From positions 192,001-256,000 of the forward strand of contig JANVYQ010000001.1 in the NCBI GenBank assembly GCA_030059675.1: a stretch of DNA of 64,000 nucleotides. The letters run 5' to 3'. Under the pieces are notes generated by a model that worked only from the letters and a program-made list of their open reading frames with translations, made no database searches and was not told the DNA's origin. The position numbers and the translations under genes are program-made. Positions 57,901-64,000 of the stretch are shown piece by piece (position 1 is the first letter of the stretch; every line of letters begins with the position of its first letter). The stretch comes from Candidatus Pelearchaeum maunauluense. GTDB taxonomy: Archaea; Thermoproteota; Nitrososphaeria_A; Caldarchaeales; Caldarchaeaceae.

Positions 57901-59997
57901 TCAGCGTATCTGTATTCTGGCGAAGTCCGTCTCCTCAAGTATCTTCCTGAATGGCCTTCCAGCTCCGTCATAGAACTTTGTAAAGAACTCGTAGAGGTGA
58001 AGCCTGAGAGCCTGGATGAAGGCTAGGAGCCCTTCTAGGAGCATTATCCCGATATTGCCCAGTATTAGCGCAGGTATTGAGGCTGGCCCCAGAGCTTCCC
58101 ACGCGTTGTTGAGGAGCAGGAGCAACGCTATATGGACTATCAGCAGTATCGTAAGTCGTGCATAGGAGATTGTATTGGAGAGGAACTGTATGACGTTCTC
58201 CATAAGCTCCAGCATTCCCTGGCCCATCGCAGCGCTGAATGAGATTTTATGAGCCTTGTCGGCGAGGCCATATAGATACCTGCCAAACATTATTACGAAC
58301 ATGCAGGCAGCTGCGCCTACAACTCCCATCGTGCCTACTATGTATGTTGGTACTCCTATGAACGGGGCTGGCTCTGTGCTGCTCATTATTCCTTCAATCC
58401 TACCACCAGCGCCGAAGAATGCCAGGGCGAAGAATATCCCGAAGACATACATTATTAGTGTTGGAAGCCTTGAGGTGAGAGCCTCAACCTTCTCCCCAGC
58501 TTTGAGGAACTTCACCACGCTAAGGGCGTAGCCTACCATTAGATGGACTACGCCTAGCACTATTGTGAAGAGCAGTAGGCGTTGGACTTCGGTTATGCTG
58601 AACTGCTTCGCTCCCTCCGCCTCTTCTACTAGGTGTAGTATCTGGGGGGAGCCTATGTATTTGCCGAGAGGGAATCCAAATACCTCGCCTATGAGAAAGC
58701 CGCCCACAGCCGCAGACGCTCCCAGAAGGGTTAGGAGCTGGCCCCAGAGCCTTATCCTACCGCGTGTTCTACTAGCCATGAATAGGCCGAAGAGCAGCAA
58801 GACAAGCCCCTGTCCAAAATCTGCAAACATAATGCCGTAGAAGATTGAGAAGAATATCGCCACGAAAGGGGTTGGGTCAACCTCAAAGTATCCTGGCAAT
58901 CCCTGGATTAATGTGATGTTCTCAAACGGCTTCTGTGGTGCTGGGTATTTTACGAGTGAGGGTGGGTCTTCTTCTGTTTCGTGGCTTTTATGTCCGTCGT
59001 GATGGTGGTGATGTGCTCCTGGCTCGCGTGAGAATACGGGATAGCGGCTGCTGAAGGTATTGATGAACTGCTCATATCTGTTTTTGGGTATGTAGCCTTT
59101 GATAACAGCGAATCGTTTGAGCGGGCCTCCCCCACCTAGGCTATGCACCGCATTCTTAAGAGTGTAGTAGCTATCCCGTAGCGAGATTATCCTAACAGCC
59201 TCCTTCTCAGAGACCTCACGAAGACGGGCTTCTATCTTGTTTAACTCCTCCTCAAGCTTAGCCACTTCATCGGATACGCGCTTATACGCTTCTGCTGGTT
59301 TTCGGGGAAAGTCTGGTGGGAGCGTGAATGGACTAATACCAAGCCCGCGTAGCGTTTTTTCTATCTTCTCACCCAGCTTCTTACTACATACTATGAGGAC
59401 CGCGCTCTGCGTTGGGGTGAGCGGGAACTCAAGCACGGCAGCCTCCTGCAAGGCGCGTGAAAGCTCAGCAACATCCTTTGACGGGGCTAGAGCAAAGACC
59501 GCATAGAAGCGGCGCATACGAGCCAGAGAATCAAGGTCTACATCAACATTAGAGAGAAAACTGAGGGCAGCGAGAAGTGTCTTAAGCTCGCCTAACCTCT
59601 CATTAATCTGCTTTCTCCTGCTTACAAGCATGTTAAGCTCCTCTATGAGCGGCTTAGCTTCTGCGTCAAGCTTTTCAAGGAGCTTCCTAATGTCATCTGC
59701 CGTGTATTCGCGTTGTTCTATACGCGTCTTGCCCATGAGCTGGTTTATTACCCCGAGCCCCTCGCGGAGACCCAGCTCTTGGATTAGGACCTCCAGCGGT
59801 ATGTAGCCCCTCTCGGCTGCCTGCTCAAGCTCGCGGAGAACAGGGTCTCCAGCGCCCTCTATTCTTATTGGATGGAACTCCTCAAAGCGGTAAAGCTCCC
59901 TAAGAGCATCTTCCAGCTCGCGGCGCGGGACGATGAGCGTAACCTCGGTGACAGGTATTAGCCCCAAGACCTTCTGCCCCGCAACTGAATTACTCAC
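57901..59997 (-). CDS. atpI: A/V-type ATP synthase subunit I (a)
   Basis: EVDPTP...F..FYGIMFAD.GQG, SNTISYARL (essential Arg), EGL.AFIQALRLHLYEFFTKFY.G.G. Confidence 0.95.
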   Translation of the reverse strand: MSNSVAGQKVLGLIPVTEVTLIVPRRELEDALRELYRFEEFHPIRIEGAGDPVLRELEQAAERGYIPLEVLIQELGLREGLGVINQLMGKTRIEQREYTADDIRKLLEKLDAEAKPLIEELNMLVSRRKQINERLGELKTLLAALSFLSNVDVDLDSLARMRRFYAVFALAPSKDVAELSRALQEAAVLEFPLTPTQSAVLIVCSKKLGEKIEKTLRGLGISPFTLPPDFPRKPAEAYKRVSDEVAKLEEELNKIEARLREVSEKEAVRIISLRDSYYTLKNAVHSLGGGGPLKRFAVIKGYIPKNRYEQFINTFSSRYPVFSREPGAHHHHHDGHKSHETEEDPPSLVKYPAPQKPFENITLIQGLPGYFEVDPTPFVAIFFSIFYGIMFADFGQGLVLLLFGLFMASRTRGRIRLWGQLLTLLGASAAVGGFLIGEVFGFPLGKYIGSPQILHLVEEAEGAKQFSITEVQRLLLFTIVLGVVHLMVGYALSVVKFLKAGEKVEALTSRLPTLIMYVFGIFFALAFFGAGGRIEGIMSSTEPAPFIGVPTYIVGTMGVVGAAACMFVIMFGRYLYGLADKAHKISFSAAMGQGMLELMENVIQFLSNTISYARLTILLIVHIALLLLLNNAWEALGPASIPALILGNIGIMLLEGLLAFIQALRLHLYEFFTKFYDGAGRPFRKILEETDFARIQIR

Positions 59998-60018
59998 GAT
60001 ATAAATCCATCTCAGTTC

Positions 60019-60975
60019 CTATACGTAGTCGGAGCGGCTTACTATGTTGTGTGGTGTCTCGCCCTTGAGGAAGCGTACAACATTCTCGGCGGCAAGCCTG
60101 AGCATGGTAAACCAGACTTCATCATTACCCAAGCCCCCAGCAACCCAGGGCGTTCCTATGACGTTCTTGAAGCGCGTTATCTCGGCATCCTCGGCGAATC
60201 GCTCCTTGTGATGCCACCAAACATCACTCGCAAACCTAAACTCTGGATTGGCTCTCAAGAATTCTATAAGGTCATCCCGTTTAACCAGGTCTGCGCGCGC
60301 TATATTGACAAGTATAGCGTCCTTCTTCATCAGCTCAAGCCTCCGCTTATCTATCATCCAGCGTGTATGCTTCGTTAATGGGGCGGCCAGAACTACAATA
60401 TCACTCTCGCTCAACACCTTGTCTATTGCTTCTGGGCCTCCTACAAAGTCGCATTCAAGCGAGGATTTGCCAGAGCGCGTGGTAGCCATTACCCGCATCT
60501 TGAACGCTCTAGCCACCTCCGCTATCCGCCTGCCTATAGAGCCCATGCCGATTATCCCTATAGTAAGCCCCGCGAGGCTGCGTACTCCAGGGCTTGAGTC
60601 GTAAATCCCCTTCCGCATATTAGCGGCGTGTATGTGGAGGTTCTTCATCTCGGCCAAGATGAGCGCCCAGGCATGCTCTGCAACAGCATCAGAGTTGGAG
60701 CCAGCGTTGCTGCATACCATCACGTTCTCAGGAATCTCGCCCCAGGGAAGGGCATCAACACCAGCAGCTACAGACTGTATCAGCCTAAGCTTCTTCATCT
60801 TACGAAGATGCTCGGCATTAAGATAGAAGCAGAGTACGATATCAACCTCTGGGAGAATCTTCTCAAGCTCTGGTGAGTCTTTTTGATAAACGCTGCCATG
60901 CTTGCTGAGTAGCGCCTCAACATCGTCGTGGAGCTTAACATAAGATAGGATTACAGGCTTCTCCATAATCCACAT
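60019..60975 (-). CDS. D-2-hydroxyacid dehydrogenase family protein
   Basis: AGVD, VAEHA, GMGSIG, NIARA, DVWW, TPWVAG. Confidence 0.9.
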   Translation of the reverse strand: MWIMEKPVILSYVKLHDDVEALLSKHGSVYQKDSPELEKILPEVDIVLCFYLNAEHLRKMKKLRLIQSVAAGVDALPWGEIPENVMVCSNAGSNSDAVAEHAWALILAEMKNLHIHAANMRKGIYDSSPGVRSLAGLTIGIIGMGSIGRRIAEVARAFKMRVMATTRSGKSSLECDFVGGPEAIDKVLSESDIVVLAAPLTKHTRWMIDKRRLELMKKDAILVNIARADLVKRDDLIEFLRANPEFRFASDVWWHHKERFAEDAEITRFKNVIGTPWVAGGLGNDEVWFTMLRLAAENVVRFLKGETPHNIVSRSDYV

Positions 60976-61014
60976 GAGGGGGAGAATACGCGGATTATTA
61001 AATCTCCCCCGCGC

Positions 61015-61593
61015 CTAGCCGCCCATTGTTTCAGAGGGCTCTGGGTAGATTACCTCGGTAACAAGCTTAGAGCTGCAGAAGACGCAGTACACGACGACCT
61101 TGGCGCAGTCTATATGGTAGCGCGCGCCACAGCTGCATTCCACGTACATATCAGCCTCTTCCTGCGGTCTTGAGGGGAGGCGCGGCCTTATCGCCTTGCT
61201 GCAGTAGCCGCATATCCTATGTAGAGCCAGTATGTCGCGCTGGGTGAATATTCCGATGACCTTACCAGCTTCGGTAGCTATGAGGCGGCGTATCTTCTTC
61301 CTACTCATCAGCTCTGCAGCCTCCTCTAGCGTTGCGTTGGCGTCTATGGTGATTAGGGGGCTACTCATTATATCGCGTACCTTCACGCTACCTGGTGAGA
61401 GCCCCCTAGCGGTAACTTTCTTGAGCATATCACGTTCAGTAACCACTCCTACGGGCTTGCCCTTCTCCGTAACGAGAAGCCCGCCTATGTCATTCTCAAC
61501 CATAAGCTTGGCAGCCTTCTCAACGGAGGCATCAACATCCACACTAACTACTTCGCGGACAACCACATCCCTTACGCGAGCATTTATCCACAT
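61015..61593 (-). CDS. CBS-pair protein fused to a C4HC3 zinc finger (RING-variant/PHD-like)
   Basis: Two CBS repeats, then CGYC-x21-CSC-x4-H-x2-C-x6-CVFC. Confidence 0.85.
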   Translation of the reverse strand: MWINARVRDVVVREVVSVDVDASVEKAAKLMVENDIGGLLVTEKGKPVGVVTERDMLKKVTARGLSPGSVKVRDIMSSPLITIDANATLEEAAELMSRKKIRRLIATEAGKVIGIFTQRDILALHRICGYCSKAIRPRLPSRPQEEADMYVECSCGARYHIDCAKVVVYCVFCSSKLVTEVIYPEPSETMGG

Positions 61594-61724
61594 GATTGTG
61601 GAAAACCCCAGCGGAGTTAAGATATAAAACATTTCCGAAGAATAATCAATCAAAACCATCAATCACCCGAAAATTATGAATGTTTAAGAACGGCCAAGAG
61701 ATGGATTGGTTGAGAGCCTGTATA

Positions 61725-62374
61725 ATGAGCATAGATATTGAAGACATAATTAAGAGAGCTGTCACCGCCGCGAGAACCGAAGAGCTCCGCATGATGGCTG
61801 AAGCCGTTAAGTCATTAGCCGAGTATATGCGCGACGGCTTCCAAAAGATTAACCAACGATTAGAGGAGAACTCAAAGATACTCGCAGAACACTCAAACAG
61901 CTAGAGGTTCATTCAAGACAGTTAGAGGCCCATTCAAGGTATCTTGAGAGACTCGTCAACGAGGTGGGTGGATTGAAGACCATGTTAGGCTCCTTTACGT
62001 CTAGGTCTGGTGTCCATATGGAGAGAATGGTGCTGGAGCTTCTTAGAAAAACGCTCCTAGAACGTGTGGCTATTGATGTGGATAGTATTGAAAAGCGGAG
62101 CTTCGTAGATGAGCGTGGTGAGCTTGTTCAAGAATGCCACAAGATAGAGATAGATATCTACATGACGGACAAGCAAGCTTATGCGCTGGAAGTTAAAACG
62201 CTTGTCGAGAGCAAGGATGTGGATTGGATTGTAGCTAAAAAGAGGTTCTTGGAGCGTAGTTATAATATGCGCGCTAGGTGGCTTATTGTGGCTTCGGCGA
62301 TAACGCAAGAAGCGTATATGAAGGCTATTAAGGGGGGTATTGAGGTTGTCTGCAGGAGTATAGTGGGCGAGTAG
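61725..62374 (+). pseudogene. coiled-coil heptad-repeat + PD-(D/E)XK domain protein (DUF3782/PaREP-like), frameshifted
   Basis: EENSKIL-AEHSK/QL-EVHSRQL-EAHSRYL heptads, then IEIDI...ALEVKT; one A missing at 61895-61897. Confidence 0.78.
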
Positions 62375-62419
62375 GGCGCGTCGAATATTAATATATGGAA
62401 ACGCTTTCTGGTTGTCGCT

Positions 62420-63229
62420 ATGGATTGGAGTAAGATTGTTGATTGGTCTAATGTCAGGGTTTACGACCTTTCCCAGCCAACTAGCTGGAGGCAGCCACCC
62501 TTTATGTGGTATCCGCCGATGAAGGTTTATTGGATTAAGCATCTGGGCGAGCATGGAGTTAACGCACAATTCATAGAGACCTCCCTCCACTTCGGAACAC
62601 ATTTCGACGGCCAAGCACACTTCGTTACAGGCGGTAGGGACATAGCCAGCCTACCTCTCGAAGATTACCTAGTCGGCGAGGGTGTTGTTGTGGATATAAG
62701 CCCATACGTGGGTGATTACGACATCTATACTGTTGATACGCTCAAGCAGGCTGCGAAGGATGGAGGTGTGGAGATAAAGAAGGGAGACATCCTCATAATA
62801 CATACTGGCTATCACCGCTATGCTTGGTGTGGTGAGGAGCCTGATGAGGTGCGCTACATGGTTAAGCACCCAGGCCCAGATGTGCGCTTCGCCAAGTGGT
62901 GTCTGGAGATGAAGTTTAAGTGGCTTGGTGTGGATGCAATCTCACAAGACCACCCGCTTAACACCGTGATAAGGAGAGCCCGCCCAGACCTGGTAGCTGA
63001 GGCTGAGAAGAAGTGGGGCAAGAAGATAGATGAGCTTATGCCCTGGCCAGAGAACTACCAAGTAATGCACACTATGCTCTTCCCACACCTCATACTCCAC
63101 GCCGAGAACCTAGGCGGCGATATAAAGAAGGTTCTCAACAGACGTGCAATAATAGGGGCTTTCCCCTTCAAGTTCCAAGACGGGGAATCGGCATTCGCGC
63201 GTATCGTCGCATTTGTCAGCGAAAAATAA
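62420..63229 (+). CDS. cyclase-family (kynurenine formamidase-like) metallohydrolase
   Basis: YDLSQP, HFGTHFDGQAH, IHTG, HPG, GVD, H..L...HAENL, G.SA.AR.VAF. Confidence 0.9.
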   Translation: MDWSKIVDWSNVRVYDLSQPTSWRQPPFMWYPPMKVYWIKHLGEHGVNAQFIETSLHFGTHFDGQAHFVTGGRDIASLPLEDYLVGEGVVVDISPYVGDYDIYTVDTLKQAAKDGGVEIKKGDILIIHTGYHRYAWCGEEPDEVRYMVKHPGPDVRFAKWCLEMKFKWLGVDAISQDHPLNTVIRRARPDLVAEAEKKWGKKIDELMPWPENYQVMHTMLFPHLILHAENLGGDIKKVLNRRAIIGAFPFKFQDGESAFARIVAFVSEK

Positions 63230-63231
63230 CA

Positions 63232-64000
63232 TCAACAATTTATTTGACGTAGAACTCTCTCTATTAGATTCTCCCGCCTACTCAGCGCCGCCAGGGCTGT
63301 CAAAACCCCTAGTGAGATGTCTATCCCAGAGTTGTGTCCGCGCTGCGCCAAAGCTAGAATACAATCCATAAATCCCTCACCATCTTCATCATGTATTGAT
63401 ATTAGCAGACTGGCCAGCGTCTCATCAACAATCCCGTGTTGGGCATAGTCTATGAGTAGGGCGCTGGCCCAGCTGGTATATTTTAGGAGAGTGTTTCTAT
63501 CTATTGTTATCTTATGTTTTGTTAGTGCGTTTATTGTGGTGAGGAAGCCTGCTATGAAGTCGTCGCCTGATGGTGTGAATCCCCCTCCAAGCCCAAGTAG
63601 AGGTGTGTAGTTGTCCAGTTTGCTGGCTGTTTGGGTATTTCCGCGTGAGAGTGGAGTGATTACATTCTGTATGAATTGCTTAAACTCGTGTGTTGCTGGT
63701 AGCTGTATGGGGTTTTGTGATGTTTCGTAAAGTAGGCTGAGCATAAAGGCTGCTTCCGTGATATAATCTTCCAACGACGTAAAGCTTGGCTCACCACTAA
63801 AAATGGGAATGCTCGGCTCATACACGTAAGCCCCACGCAGCTCAATCTCCACATTACCTAGGAAGAGCTTGTCATCTATCCTCTTTAGAGAATCACCAAC
63901 ATTTACCCACGCTTTGAGAGACGCCTGCAACTCTCGCAGGCCTATGTTTATGGGTGCTCGCGGACTTTTCCGCGATATTACCAGAAGCTCGCTGTCTTTC
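63232..64000 (-). CDS. DUF2877 (YahE/AllH-like) protein, 5' end beyond the window
   Basis: LLGLGGGFTPSGDDFIAG and GHNSGID.SLG motifs; the frame stays open to position 64000. Confidence 0.8.
   Translation of the reverse strand, partial: KDSELLVISRKSPRAPINIGLRELQASLKAWVNVGDSLKRIDDKLFLGNVEIELRGAYVYEPSIPIFSGEPSFTSLEDYITEAAFMLSLLYETSQNPIQLPATHEFKQFIQNVITPLSRGNTQTASKLDNYTPLLGLGGGFTPSGDDFIAGFLTTINALTKHKITIDRNTLLKYTSWASALLIDYAQHGIVDETLASLLISIHDEDGEGFMDCILALAQRGHNSGIDISLGVLTALAALSRRENLIERVLRQINC

Noticed and set aside
1-64000. Many 60-200 aa ORFs antisense to or nested in identified genes (e.g. 22258-22752, 33359-33937, 37073-37693, 54960-55514, 62057-62620)
   Set aside because: They are shadow frames of real genes with Ser/Pro/Thr-rich composition and no motifs.
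1-64000. CRISPR array, rRNA, intact transposase or integrase
   Set aside because: No regularly spaced repeats, rRNA-like sequence or recombinase motifs were seen.

Overview
Gene-dense archaeal chromosome segment, most likely from an aerobic thermophile of the TACK group. Gene content suggests Caldarchaeales/'Aigarchaeota'; this placement is an inference. From left to right: a LysW-dependent lysine/arginine cluster (lysJ-X-W-Z ... lysY) split by an oppositely oriented heme operon (hemC-D-B-A-chdC-hemL-hemE) and an ATPase gene with tandem palindromic operators; housekeeping genes (PDCD5, Ca2+ P-type ATPase, PAC2, archaeosine TGT, beta-CASP RNase); an A-family heme-copper oxidase cluster with two blue-copper proteins, SCO and a Bat-type regulator; tRNA-Gly(GCC); moeA-mobB; a decaying archaellum locus whose archaellin gene is interrupted by a 202-bp structured element with stacked kink-turns (possibly an IS200/IS605-derived omegaRNA-like module); MscS; a K+ channel pseudogene; ilvD; a DUF402-tmk-HD operon; SufU; a Met/Gly-rich envelope module with a membrane-bound HTH regulator; a glcD'/NCS1 deletion chimera; pheA; two ArsB/NhaD paralogues; a lone atpI; a CBS + C4HC3 (RING-like) fusion; a frameshifted coiled-coil PD-(D/E)XK gene; a cyclase-family hydrolase; and a DUF2877 gene. 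No CRISPR array, rRNA, intact transposase or integrase was seen. All product calls come from motif recognition by eye, not from database searches.
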